Below are positions 1 through 13,546 of a stretch of DNA of 64,000 bases, in pieces. The notes beneath the pieces are model-generated. The model had not been told where the DNA came from. It ran no database searches and worked only from the letters and a program-made list of their open reading frames with translations. Where the stretch lies: assembly GCF_006345805.1 (NCBI RefSeq), contig NC_043008.1:23374001-23438000 (forward strand), written 5' to 3'. This DNA comes from Octopus sinensis. Its lineage: Eukaryota. Numbering within the stretch: the stretch's first letter is position 1; every line of letters begins with the position of its first letter. The position numbers were made by a program, and so were the translations under genes.

Positions 1-44
1 AAAAGATAAAAATGTATCACATTTGGCTGTATATTTTTGGGAGT

Positions 45-991
45 CATCATCATCATCATCATCATTATCGTTTAACGTATGTTTTCCATGCTAGCATGGG
101 TTGGACAGTTCAACTGGGGTCTGGGAAGCCAAGAGGCTGCACCAGGCTCCAGTCTGATCTGGCAGTATTTCTACAGCTGGATGCCCTTCCTCATGCCAAC
201 CACTCCGTGAGTGTAGTGGGTGCTTTTTACATGCCATTGGCACAGGGATCAGAGGAGGCTGGCAACAGCCATGATCGGTTGGTGCTTTTTACGTGCCACC
301 GGCATGGACGCCGGTCAAGGCGACGCTGGCATCAGCCGTGTTTGGATGGTGCTTTTTCCATTTGATTTTTATTTTGATGTTGATGTACTTGACTCAATAG
401 GTCTCCTCAAGCACATGAGGTTGCCCTATGATCCAAGGTAAGCACAGCAGGCTGTCCTGTGAGCTATGAACTCACTTCATTTGTTGGGTCTTCACAGTCA
501 CAGCATATCTCCAGAGGTCTCGGTCTTTTGTCATTGCCTCTGTGAGGCCCAACATTTGAAGGTCATGCTTGACCACCTCATCCCATGTCTTCCTAGGTCT
601 ACCTCTACCCCAGATTCCTTCAACTGTTTGTGAGTGGCACTTCTTCACACATCTCTTCTTTTCCATTCGTAGTACATGACCATACCAACACAAATGTCTC
701 TCCTGCATGCCACATCCGATGCTTCTTATGCCCAACATTTCTCTCAGGGTGCTTACATTCTGTCATGCATGCACACTGACATTACACATCCAGCAGATCA
801 TGCTAGCTTAATTTCTTTTGAGCCTACACATGTCCTCCGCATTCATGGCCCATGTTTCACTGCCATGAAGCATGGCGGCTTTCACACATGCGTTGTACAA
901 TCTACCTTTCAGTCAAAGCGAGAGACCCTTTGTCGCCAGTAGGGGAAGAAGTTTTCTAAAATTTACTCAGGCTATTCTTATTCTAGTGTTG
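45..991 (-). mobile_element. RTE-clade LINE 3' fragment (RT C-terminus, 3'UTR, (GAT)n tail)
   Basis: ORF 472..738 (LCWYGHVLRM...GRGRPRKTWDEVV) is homologous to the C-terminus of ORF 34556..35737. The 3'UTR and (CAT)n at 45-63 match the same family's tail. Confidence 0.9.
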
Positions 992-1065
992 AATATTAGT
1001 TACATGATGATGCTTGATCGCGTACATATTTACTCCTAACACTCGCAAATTTATAACTTGGAGAA

Positions 1066-1125
1066 CCACTCTGAGGAGAATAATAGGTAAATATAATTTA
1101 CTTTAAATTCAAAATGCGTCTGTGG
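1066..1125 (+). ncRNA. Degenerate minimal type-I hammerhead ribozyme (probably inactive)
   Basis: ccact-CTGAGGA-gaat..ggtaaat/atttact..attc-AAAA-tgcg-TC-tgtgg. Stems I and II pair by eye; the G12A change and cgcg>tgcg fit CpG decay. Confidence 0.55.
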
Positions 1126-1985
1126 TTAACTGAAGTAGTCTGGATTCATCATTTTTCTTTTTACCTACATAAAAATGTGTGTTTTTGTCTTAGAGATTTT
1201 TATGGTAGTTGAAAAAATATTAGTGTCTATTTCTAATTCAGTACATAGCAAGGCACTTAGCTGACCCCTGATTATAATTATGTATATAATTATAGAATAT
1301 TTTGTATGTGTATATATATATATATATACACACATACACACACATGTATATAAATACACAGACAATCATATAAACATACATACACACATACATATACACG
1401 TACCCATAAATATATCCACACATATGTATATACCTCACACTCATATATACATACATAATTATGCATGTTTAATTTAGTTCACTTTGTCTTTGTATTTGAA
1501 AAATATGTAAGAGGGGAGATAATGGTGTATGTTTTCAACCAATATAACTATGTTTGTATTTATAAATCTACGTAGATTTGGTCACCATTGCAAAACAAAT
1601 GAAATTAATCAAATAATAATTAAATAAGAGTCAGACAGTTATTTATGTTGTCAGGTGTGTCTGTTCAAATGTTAGTAAAGGTTACTAAGGATATGTTAGA
1701 AAAAGGATATGTTTAGTTATATCAGAAAATACATAGCGTTATACAAGTGTTATGGAAATTCTGAGTTGTATACATATATATGCACATACATAAGCATGCA
1801 TAAATGAAAATAAATAAGTAGATACATAGGTGAACAGTTACATATGGATTATAATAGCATATTTGTGTATACATACATACATACACACATGTATATAAAT
1901 ACTAGCAGAGATACCCGGCGTTGCCTGGTTACATTCAGTTGAAGAATTAGACTTTTCTCATATATATATATATATATATATGGAT

Positions 1986-2017
<32 letters not shown>

Positions 2018-2099
2018 GTATATCAATATAAATACATGAAAGTACATGAAGTTTGTTAAAAAAAAAGGGGATTGTGTATATACTTCCTGGCTGTTGAGA

Positions 2100-3745
2100 T
2101 TATAACACCTCGTTGTAAACAATGTTCTTTGTTTTTCCTTGAGGAGCATATACAAAAAGGTTTCTTTTGGTTCCTATTCTTGAGCAGCCAACATACAGTT
2201 GCCCATGCGAGAAGCAGGGTTCTTCCAAGAGAAGACCAGCTACAGAGAGGGTTTGACCCTGAGATTTGTTAATGGACATGGCAAAGCTGACACGAAGGGG
2301 GAATTGCAGTCTTCTGAATGTAAATGGAATTTCTGCTCCTGATGGAGTAAGAGGAATTCTTGGAATAAAGACGTCATCACCTTTTCCACATCCAGAAAGA
2401 ATGATTGCCTCGATAACGTGTGACATCATTTTCTTTATCATCAGTCGTGTTCCATTGCAAAGTCTTGGTGGTTCCAGATTGTGGAGTAGCATTACAGGAG
2501 TTCCAACTTTAAGTGCTAATATGTGTGGAGATAGTCCAGGAGGCTCCAGTGAATTGAGAAATTCAGGAGGATAGTTCACAACTTCATTTATATCTAGAAT
2601 TGTATCAACAGACTTGTAAGTGTGTATAGTGCCGGGAAGAGAATGCATTAGCTGTTGATTAATTTTGTTAACAGCGACGTTTTTTGGAGCTAATATTGCT
2701 CTCTCACACAGCCAGTTGTGATTTTGGTAGTTTTGTGTGAAGTTGGGAAAGACTTTGTTTTTGAGGTCATCTACAGAATTAACAACAGAGGAAAATGACC
2801 ACACTTCCATTTGTCCTGCAGCATCGAGAGGCATCTTGCCTTCACCAAGTGTCAAAATGTCCTGTGCAAACTTTGTGGACATTTTGTCGCTGTGTAGCTG
2901 AGCTCTCATGTTAGTGGTGAGACTGAGGATTGTAACATGATGCCACAGAGTAGAGGACTTTAGGCATGCTTGGATTTCATCTGCTCTAGTGCCTTTCGGA
3001 ATGACAGGAAGTGTTTGCCTGAAATCACCTGACAACAGAAGCGTTACACCTCCCATTGGAGCCTGACAGTCTCGGATGTCTTTCAGGGTTCTATCTAATG
3101 CCCTTGTGAGCCATAGTGCACTCATCCCAGACAATTATATGACACATTTTAAGTACTTGTCCCTGATCTGAGCTTTTGTTAATGTTGCATGAAGGCATTT
3201 CGGATGCTGCTAAATTGAGAGGAAGTTTAAAAGTTGAGTGTGCTGTCCTGCCACCGGGTAACAAAGTAGCTGCAATGCCAGAGGAGGCTACAGCTACTGC
3301 AATGTCCTGATGCTGCCTAACTTCTGCAAAGAGAAGCTTTGTAATAAATGTTTTTCCTGTTCCTCCAGGAGCATCGAGGAAGAAGATTCGTCCCTCGCGT
3401 TGGCGTACACTGTTAAGAATAGTTCTGTAGATCTGCAGCTGGTCCGGAAGTAATGTAGGGTCATTTTCAACCATGTACTTTGAAAGCGCTTGAGTGTCGT
3501 AGGTTGTTTCACGAATGACAGTAGTGGGAAGGCTATTTGACCCTGACCTGAATGCTTGTGGCAGGCCATACATCGACAATTCATTTCCACCCAGTTTAGC
3601 AATTCTGTCTTCAATGTCAATGAGTGTTTTGTTATAGATTTCATTGCTGATACCCTCCATGTCAGGATAGAGCAGTTGAGTTTGGCGCTGAAGGGGACAA
3701 TGTTTTTGAGATTCCGGTTCGAATGTAAGGCAGGTTTGAAAGTGT
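2100..3745 (-). pseudogene. Helitron PIF1/RecD-like helicase, frameshifted near 3100, lacking Rep
   Basis: ORFs 3091..3660 (DAPGGTGKT, SSGIAATLLPGGRTAHSTFK, WDEC) and 2100..3134 (GDFRQTLP, CNGTRL, AMSINKSQGQT, HGQLYVGCSR). Confidence 0.93.
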
Positions 3746-3830
3746 TCCCAACAGTTATTAGTTGTAGTGGTAGAGTGTTTATGCTGAATATGTACATATG
3801 CATGTATATATATGTATACCTGTATATATG

Positions 3831-3966
3831 TACAAAATCCACTGAGAAGGCTTTTGTTGGTCTGAGGCTACAGCAGAAGACACATGCCAAGTCACCAGAC
3901 AGTGGGACTGAACCCAGGACCATGTGTTTGAAACGTAGTTTGTTACCTCACAGACACACCTGCCCC

Positions 3967-3968
<2 letters not shown>
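3831..3968 (-). mobile_element. tRNA-derived SINE head fragment inserted in the Helitron
   Basis: Similar to the tRNA-like 5' part of the SINE copies at 29150-29302 and 41880-42017. Confidence 0.7.
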
Positions 3969-4005
<37 letters not shown>

Positions 4006-4576
4006 ATATGTGTGTATGGGTAGTTATATTATGCATGTATATATGTGTATATATATGTGTACATATTACATGTATCTATATATATACATCTACACATAAA
4101 ATACAAAATACAAAGTTATATCTTGATATTGCTAGTGATAACAATACTCAAAATATATAACAGACTGGAATTGTAGGTCCGTCTCTTGCAATTTCGATCA
4201 ATTGGATCTTGTCCTCCCTCTTGTATAGAAGTGTATGGCTGCAGTGATATTCATTTTTGGACTTTCTTCTATTGAAGGCATTTTAACAAAAATGCTTCTG
4301 TAAAGACGGTGAAAATATTGTCAATTTCCCCAAACAGGGACACAATTCAATTTTTAATCAATAACCAAAGCCCCTTCTCCGAAAGGAGGAAGGTTACGGT
4401 TTACAATTATTTAACAAATGCAACACAACAACGTTTCCCTGACGAGGAACCAACAAACATGATTACAATAGTCAAACAGTAATAATAATAACAACAAACC
4501 TTTTTAATTTATCCCAATTTATGTGAAACCACTTATTCAAGTTCAAGTCATTGATGCAATTTTATATGAATTGCTA

Positions 4577-4611
<35 letters not shown>

Positions 4612-5559
4612 ATAAAGGTGAAAAATTGAATATTAATTTGATTAATATGAATTGAAAACCAGTGGTGTAGCATATAAGACCATAGCGGATCTTCTTCTAG
4701 CAAAATGGATGATCACTGTTAATGGCTAATCCCTGTTATATAATACTTTCACTTTAATAGTTTCAGTATTAAAGTGAAAGTGTCTGCAATACAATAAAGA
4801 GATGTTTTTGTTTCACTTTTAACATGTAATACTGAAATAGTGGAGAAGATATGATATTGCTGTGGGGTGGCCCTAGGGAAAAGTTAAAATTCCCCGCACC
4901 TTAAGTAAGGCATGTGTAAAATTTGAATGAAATTGGTTGTGTAGTTCTCAAGTTTTAGGGAAACACACAGACAGACAGACACACATTCTCAGTTTTATAT
5001 ATATAGAGATTAATATCTACACACACATATACATATACATTTGTATATACATATATGGTTATGAATCATACAGATGATAATCAAAAAGGAAATTACGCAT
5101 ATACATGCATGCTTGTACAGATATATATACACATATACACATACATAAGTGTAAATAAGCAAGTAAATAGATAAGTAAATAAATAGTTACAAATGGATTT
5201 GAATAGTATGTTCACATATACATATATATATTTGTACATGTATGTAAACATGAATATGTATATTTTTATGTCTATGTATATGTATGTGTGTATATGTATT
5301 TATCTAGCCATATGTGTATGTCCTTTCAGGACAGCCACATTATGTTGGCAAATAGCCTTTACTTTAAAGAACTGTTACTGAATGTCTCTCTTTGAGAGAT
5401 TTAGAAATAATATGTCTATTTTATATATATAACAATTGCAGCATAGAATGTGTTTATAAGCCATTTACGAAACACACAAAAACATTAGATTCACTTCAAC
5501 ATTTAAATTTAATTTGCCAAAATATTTTCGTCGCTTTGAGTCCGCAACCTGTTCACTGA

Positions 5560-5950
<391 letters not shown>

Positions 5951-6529
5951 TCTTGCATCAGTTCGGCATAGTACCCCGGATCCCAGAACGTCCCGCTGTG
6001 CTTGACGAGACCTGTTGAGTCAAGTACATGAACATGAATGTCGAAATAAATATCAATGGAAATAGTAGTTGTAATGCTTGTGCCGGTGGCACATAAAAAG
6101 CACTATCCGAACGTGGCCAATGCCAGCGCCGCCTCGACTGGCTTCTGTGCCGGTGGCACATAAAAAGCACCATCCGGACGTGGCCATTGCCAGTGCCGTC
6201 CCGACTGGCTCCTGTGCCGGTGGCATATAAAAAGACCATCCGAACGTTGCCAGCGCCGCCTCGGCTGGCTTCCGTGCTACTGGCACGTTAAAAGCTCCAA
6301 CCGATCGTGACCGATGCCGGGCCCCCCCCTGGCACCTGTGCAGGTGGCACGTAAAAAGCACCCACTATACTCGCGGAGTGGTTGGCGTTAGGAAGGGCAT
6401 CCAGCTGTAGAAACTCTGCCAGATCAGACTGGAGCCTGGAGCAGCCCCTGGCTTCCCAGACCCCGGTCGAACCGTCCAACCCGCGCTAGCGCGGAAAACG
6501 GACATTAAACGATGAAGATGATGATGATG

Positions 6530-6530
<1 letters not shown>
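5951..6530 (+). mobile_element. RTE LINE 3'UTR copy with internal GTGCCGGTGGCAC-type subrepeats
   Basis: Homologous to the 3'UTR after ORF 34556..35737; ends ggacattaaac(gat)n. Confidence 0.85.
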
Positions 6531-6564
<34 letters not shown>

Positions 6565-6959
6565 TTTATTTATTTATATATATATTTATTTATATATATC
6601 TGTAAATATAATATGTGATAATTATTTGGTAAGTGCACATGTCCATACATACACATATGTGCCCGCATGCCCACGTACATGTGCCTATATGTATATACTC
6701 AATCACCCTCACTTGAAACACACACATGCTCACCCACACATTTGCCAAAAAATATATATACATACCCACATATGTGCTTGCACACACGCGCGTGCACAAA
6801 AAGGTTCATACACATGTCTATATATGCACATGCACAAGAAAAATCAAGGCTAAAGGCAAAATACAGAAAAATTATGTGTAAAAAACAATAAACCTATGAA
6901 ACAATATTTCTATAAATATGTTAAAAAATATATAAGAAATATAAGTAAAAAGTATAGAG

Positions 6960-8680
6960 AGATAAAAAGCTTGTACATGGACACAATATAGAAAGCAAGT
7001 TCTATCTGTAATCTCAGGGGTACCAAAAACGTAACAAATATTTAGCCACATATGGACATGATCTGAAAAGTTCAGTTCTTGAATTTAGACATATGGTGGG
7101 GTCTAAGCTGCTTTTCCAGATGAGTAATGTTTCCATATCACAAAGACTACACTTTCCACTGCTGTTAGTGTAGGGCTTACACTTGGCTAAGCTCTTCCAA
7201 TGGATGTTGTAACTGACACCTTTATCTTTTAAGAACCATATATGACTAGATAATTTGGTCGTTTTCCTTTTATCCCAGTGCCTGAAGCTCAAAGTGTGAT
7301 TATTGAACCTGGCCTTGAAAGTACCCTCTGTAAGGCCCATGTATTTCTTTGTCGAAACCGTGTCTTTAGTGGATATAGAGTTCACAGTGGCTTCATAAAT
7401 GATGGTCTTGGGCATGCAAGCTCCATTTAGCGGGCACAAATTTTTATCTCTGCATGAACAGCTGGTTTCATATTGTGGTTTTTGTGTGTTGTGTGTAATT
7501 ATATTTGTAAAATTAGTAGTTGAGCTGAAACTGATTTTTAAGTTATGTCTATTGAAGAGCTTTCTCTAACTATGGTTGACTCTAACTATCTATAAGTGCT
7601 AAGAAATACTTGTCTATATTGAAAGACACCTCGGGTGAGTAGGGGAGTGTGAACCAGATAGTTTTCCTATTCCTATGTTTCCTTTTCTTTATTATTGGAC
7701 TGTTGGCAGGTGTATAGGTTATTTCCTCACTAAATTCACTATCTTCTAGAGCCTTATTATATACTGGTGCAATGCTATTAAAAATGTCCCTATCAGAGGA
7801 GAGGCTAGAAATTCTTTTACTAATGTTTTTAACTAAATTTTTAAACACTATGGGGGGATGGTAGGAACCCACATTAATATAACTAAGTCTATTGTTGGGC
7901 TTCCTATAAGGTTTATAAATATTCTTATTTAGATCTAAGGATACATCTAGGAAATTGACAACTGTCAGATTGGTGTCTGTAGTTATGCTAAGAAGGTTTT
8001 CATCAAATGGATAATTTCCTTCCTAAACAGATCCTGTGCTGGTCCACTGGTATTTGCGGTTAAAGATAGGGCATCATCTTTGTAAATGGTGAAGTATACA
8101 TCGGGAAAAGTCTTACCCAATGTATCGAGTAGGAATAGTCCAATAAGATCGCATATGCCTGCTCCATCATATGACCCCATGCTCACATCGAAAGCACCCT
8201 CTGTATCAGTAGTCTTGACCCACTCTGCATTCTCGCATGGAGGATTATGTCCTTATCTTGTGTACTGATTTTTATTAATTCACTTGCAAAGGTGAGGGCT
8301 TGATTTAGCAGTTCCTTAGAGATAGAGGCATAAAAATCGACAATATCGAATTGCGTGAATCTCGCTTTATCTTATTCTTAATGGCTTTAAATCAGTCAAC
8401 GACTTCTATATTATTGGACCATTGTACTAACCTAGTGGCATTCCTGATTTTTGCATAATGCCAAGTTCTGATTTAACTTGGCATTATTAGTATAGAAAGC
8501 ATTTTTTTCGATGGCCCAATAACTGAAGAGATGCCGGCATAGGTTCCTGTGCCGACATCCGAAATTTGGAGTTTTATCATGGCTACCAAATAACTGTCAC
8601 ATATTATATTTACAGCTAAATTCCTCAATTTACATAATATCGAGGTCTCCTTCATTCTTTTGTTGTCTTGCCATTTCTAT
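6960..8680 (-). mobile_element. Penelope-like element relic (RT plus GIY-YIG endonuclease)
   Basis: Fragments MGSYDGAGICDLIG..YKDDA (RT), GSYHPP, IWFTLPYS and KKYMGLTEGTFKARFNNH (GIY-YIG), with multiple stops and frameshifts. Confidence 0.9.
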
Positions 8681-8689
8681 CAATATATT

Positions 8690-8849
<160 letters not shown>

Positions 8850-10172
8850 CTAGCAGAGATACCCGGCATTGCCTGTGTTACATACAATTGAAGAATTAGA
8901 CTTTTCTGTTATATTTTATGTAATGAACTAGAATACCTATGTTTCGAATTTCATCAAAATTGCAGATGAGGGTTATTTCCCTCTTTACACCCCCCCCCAA
9001 AAAAAAAATTGTAATTGTGTGACATGTATCCTATACTACTGATTTTTATGCACATATTTCAAAATTCCAGTCTTATTGAACCTGTTAAAAAGATTTTTCT
9101 CTTGGAAAATGAAGGTCATGGAGCTCTAAAATGTGAGAGTTAAGGCCCCTGTTGGGGGTGGGCATCCTAATGTCAACCAGAGAAGTTGAATTGTTGAGAA
9201 TCTTTTTAACTTGGGTCTTATATCTATTGTTTGAATTTCTTTGAAATAGGAAATATATGTTCACTGGGTAAAAGAGAGCAAAGCTACATGAAATCAAAAG
9301 ACGAATGATCACAATAAGCAGTCAGTTACCCTACCCTAGTCGTTATCACTCCAAATGTAGGATTCCTCACCATCCAGGTGACAGGCACAGCCGTAAGAGG
9401 CATTATAAATCTATAGCAATTGGAAGGGCATGACCCAACTGAAATAAACATTAACAACTGTGTGACGTGATGGCTGAGGAGAAATGAAAGTGTCACCTTT
9501 GGAGTTTGCAAATGACCACTATACTGATACGTAACGGGACAGAATAAATTTACAATCTATAAATGTCTTTGAATAACCAGTCACTCATCTGGGAAGGCCT
9601 TGAAATCAATATTACCATCTGAGGACTGTGTGACTGAGTGATCATAAAAAGACTGAAAGGAGATCTGCAATCAACTTTACTCAACACTTTGCAACTGAAT
9701 CAGTGGAGGCAAAGATGCCTCTCATTTACTTGACAATTTATGCACCACATTGCAGAAATCACAATGTAAGCGTATGTCAAAACAAACTGTTACACTGTTG
9801 TACCATTGAATTACAAATAATGATCAACTTTTATGCTCGGGTAACCCTAGAGCTTCCAAGAGCGCAACTGTATTCATTCTTGCTTAGATAAAATGACAAA
9901 ATTGTGGGTGTTAAGTCCCCATGGAGGGGCCTTTCTAACTTGTAAGAAGATGAAATTTTATAAATATTACTTCATTTGTGTGTAATATCTATGGTTAAAA
10001 TTTCATCAACAGCAAAAATATATGAATTGTCATGGGGGTTATGGCCCTTATGCATAGAATATAATTTCCAACTTTCCTAAAGATCCATTCATTACTTTTG
10101 GATCATAAAAGAAATGACTAAAATTTGGGAGTTAAGGCTCCCATTAAGGTGTTATATATATATATATATAGA
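8850..10172 (-). mobile_element. Non-autonomous Helitron
   Basis: The ~60 bp at 8850 (ctagcagagatacccggcattgcc..gaagaattagacttttct) are nearly identical to the 3' end at 1902. The putative 5' end is A|TCTATATATA at 10172. Confidence 0.7.
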
Positions 10173-10194
10173 TACAGATATATATACACACACA

Positions 10195-10473
10195 CACACA
10201 TACAAAGATAAATTGATAGATACAACTGAGTGGGCAAACAAAAATATGAGACACAGCCTAGTGCTTTTTTTATGTTGATAAGCCTGGTACTTATTTTATT
10301 AGTTTGTTCTTGTGAAACCAGTAAGTTATGTGGATGTAAATAAATGAACAGCAGTTGTGAAGCAGTGATGAGGGCGAAACACAGAGACAAAGACACACAC
10401 ATACACTTACATATATATATACATATATATACGATTGATTTGTTTCAGTTCCTGTCTACGAAATCCATATATA
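10195..10473 (-). mobile_element. tRNA-derived SINE, partial copy interrupted by an RTE insertion
   Basis: Similar to 13655-13920 and to the body of the SINEs at 28673-29302. Confidence 0.7.
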
Positions 10474-13400
10474 TTGTTGATGGCATCCTTTTTGTCTCGG
10501 GAGACAATGGAGTTACGCATAAAATAATCTAGTCCGGTTTTTACATTTCATGTCCTAGTACATCTACTACTGTGTCTGTGTAATCCTATCCTGTACAAAC
10601 ACTCCCTCTGGCAGGTGCCACAAATGTAGTGAAGACTTTGCCTGGCTGGTTGTAATGTCATAGTTTCTTCTTGATGTCTTTTATTGTCTTTCCATTTCTC
10701 CTCTTTCTCTATGTCACTCCTTTGTGTTCCCTCTTTTACTGTACGTCGCCAATCTCCACGGTTGCTGGCAACTGCTTTCCAGTTGGTAATATTGATGTTG
10801 CAGGCATTCATGTCCCTTTTCCAAACATCCTTGTATCGTAAGAACGGTCTTCCCACAGACCTAGTGCCCCTAGCAAGCTCTCCGTAGAGTTTGTCCTTGG
10901 GGATTCTGCCATTTTCCATACGGCTAACATGTCCAAGCCATCTCATATGTCTTTGTGTGAGGAGTGCAAACATGCTTGGTATTCCTGCTTGCTTGAAGAT
11001 ATCTTTGTTGGGGATTTGATTCTGCCATTTTGATACAAAGGATTTTCTGCAGGCAGCGCAGGTGAAAGATATTTAGGCGATGCTTTTGGCGTATGTATGG
11101 TGTCTAAGTCTCACTTCCATACAGTGAGTGCTAAGTACACATGCCTGGTAAGTCTTCATTTTTGTGATCTTGGTCAGCTTATTGTTGTCCCATGCCTGTT
11201 TGGAGAGTTGGGCCATCACAGCAGCTGCCTTACCAATGCGTATATTGAGCTCAGCATCAAGGGATATGTTGTAGGTGATGGTAGAGCCAAGATAGGTAAA
11301 CTTCTCCACCTCCTGTAGTCTGTGGTCTCCAATATGTATGTTTGGGATGTCCGATTTAGCCTGACACATTATGTTGGTATTCTTGAGGCTGATAACTAAG
11401 CGAAAGTTGCCACATGCTTGCTCAAAACAGTTGATGAGCCTTTGTAGGGCTTCTTCTGTGTGTGATACCGGAGCAGCAGCATCAGCAAATAGCATCTCCT
11501 TGATCTGGATGCTTCTGATTTTGGTCTTGTCATGCAGACGCGAGAGATTGAACAGTTTCCCATCACTTCTACTGTGCAGAAACACTCCATCATCTTATGC
11601 CTCAAAGGCATGTGACAGCAGCAGCGAGAAGAAGATGCCAAATAATGTAGGAGCAAGGACACAACCTTGCTTTACCCCGTTTTTTATTTGGAAGGTGGCT
11701 GATGTTGAACGATTGTGCTGTATGGTGCCTTGCGTATCATCATGGAAAGATTTGATGATCCTCAGCAGCTTTGGTGGACATCCGATTTTTTGGAGCAGAA
11801 TAAAGAGGCCTTTTCTACTTACCAAGTGAAAGGCCTTTGTCTGATCAATGAAGGCCATATATAATGGCATTTTCTACTCTCAGGACTTCTCCTGAAGTTG
11901 GCGTATGGAGAATATCATATCAATAGTTGATCTGCTTCTTCTAAAGCCACACTGCGATTCTGGATAAATTCAAGAAGCAGGCAGTTGTAGCCTGGACAGG
12001 ATAATGCGAGCAAAGGCGTTAGAAGAGATATTCCACAGTAATTGTTACAATCACCACAGTCACCTTTGTTTTTAATGATGTAAGCATCCCACATATCCTG
12101 AGGGACTGTACCCTCTTCCCAGCACTGACACAGAAGCTCATGAAGGTGCCAAAGCAGGATGGTGTTTTTGCTGGTTTTGATGATCTCTAAGAGGATGTCG
12201 TCTTTCCCTGGAGCCTTGTTACTTGCTAGGGTTCAATAGCCTTGGTGAGCTCTGCTATAGATGGCAGACTGTCAACTTGGCACATGACTGGCAAGATCTT
12301 GACACCCTCGATTGCAGCCTCAGCTACTGTGGTGTCCCGTGAGTAGAGATCCTGGTAGTACTCCACCCATCTATCCATTTGCTTGCTTTGGTTCTTGATG
12401 AGATTTCCAGTAGTTGATTTCAGATGGGCTGATTTGGTTGTTGATGGACCGAGGGCCTTCTTCAAACCAGCATACATCCCACGGGTGTCGTCACTGTCAG
12501 CAGCTGACTGGATACTCTGACAGATTTCCTGCCAATACCTATTTGCACAGCGTCTGGCAGTCAGTTGGGTTTTATTTCTTGGCTTTCTGAGTTCTTTGAG
12601 TGGCTTTGTAGAAGAATCCCTCTTGTATTGCATCAGAGATGCATGCTTTGCTTCAATAACTGTTTCTAGCTCTGAGAGCCCAGCACTGAACCAATCTGGG
12701 TTTTGCCTTTCTCTCATGCCGAAAGTATCTATTGATGTGGTATACAAAGCTTCCCTGATATAATTCCACCTACTTTCATGCATTCGAGCTTTGGTGTTGG
12801 AGAAGGCTTTTGCGGATTCCATGGACAGCGAGGCTCACCAATAGAGAAGTTCTTAAGCAGATAAGGTTGAAAATGTTGCTAGAAGCTGGGATCACGAAGT
12901 GTAGATTGGCATATTTCGGTCATATTATGTGGAGAAAATCCCTGGAGAAGGACATCATGCTCGGAATGGTCAGTGGCAAGAGAGGAAGAGGCCGGCCAAG
13001 AACCCGCTGGCTTGACACTATCAGGAGTGATACCGGAATGGACATGGCCAATCTGAAGGAAGTGGCCCAGGATAGAACTGACTGGAGGACATTGATCCAA
13101 CGAGTGACCGAGAGTCGACTTTGACTGAGCGGATAGAGAGAGACTTTCAGCAGAGGAGATTGGGCAGCTACTGAGGGCAACCTTGATAGAAACAGCAAAA
13201 CATTGTCGCAGTGTAGGGTCCAAGGTTCTGGCAGTGTTAATGCGTGGTCGGGCCATTTTCTTGGAGTGATGGACTTTGTTAGGCAGAATCCTCCCCTGCT
13301 TCTTATTAGTGAATGATCTGTGTCACAATCTGCGCTGTGGTAACTACAGGTCAGTTGAATAGAATTCAGAAAGGATCTTCATGTAATGATGAGATCCAGC

Positions 13401-13546
13401 TGATGCCAGTGGTGAGATCTTTGATGTCTTCAAGATGCCTTGTGGGATGTCTTGTTGGCAAAGAATGTGTTAGTGATGCACAGGTTATGGTATGTGCAAA
13501 ATTCAAGAAGTCTCTGACTATTGTCATTCATGTTGCCAATACCAAA
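10474..13546 (-). mobile_element. 5'-truncated RTE (BovB-like) LINE flanked by 77-bp direct repeats
   Basis: APE C-terminus at 13150-13546 (GIGNMNDNSQRLLEFC..WHQLDLIIT..DCDTDH) and RT fragments (AFIDQTKAFHLV, GVKQGCVLAPTLF, MLFADAA, RWLGHVSRM). Direct repeats at 10397-10473 and 13547-13623. Confidence 0.9.
12805..13143 (+). mobile_element. Nested 3' fragment of a second RTE family, inserted antisense
   Basis: ORF 12810..13124 (RIPWTARLTN..YFGHIMWR..GRGRPRTRWLD..AQDRTDWR) interrupts the minus-strand RTE. Confidence 0.88.

Larger units (their letters stand above)
1902..5009 (-). mobile_element. Internally deleted Helitron with both termini
   Basis: On the minus strand the 5' end is A|TCTCTATATATAAAAC at 5009 and the 3' end is ggcaacgccgggtatctctgCTAG|T at 1902. 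It encloses a PIF1-type helicase, and no Rep domain is visible. Confidence 0.85.

Noticed and set aside
12-365. ORF with an HHHHHHH 'His-tag'
   Set aside because: It is the antisense of the RTE (GAT)n tail and 3'UTR; the same applies to the MMMMM ORFs at 6512, 35955 and 49237.
2100-3660. Host PIF1 helicase gene
   Set aside because: It is intronless, frameshifted and bounded by Helitron termini.
4430-4460. CTGACGA motif as a hammerhead; likewise CTGATGA at 17520, ~47930, ~47993, ~49810 and ~53545, and CTAATGA at ~42891
   Set aside because: No stem II plus GAAA plus stem I/III arrangement follows these motifs.
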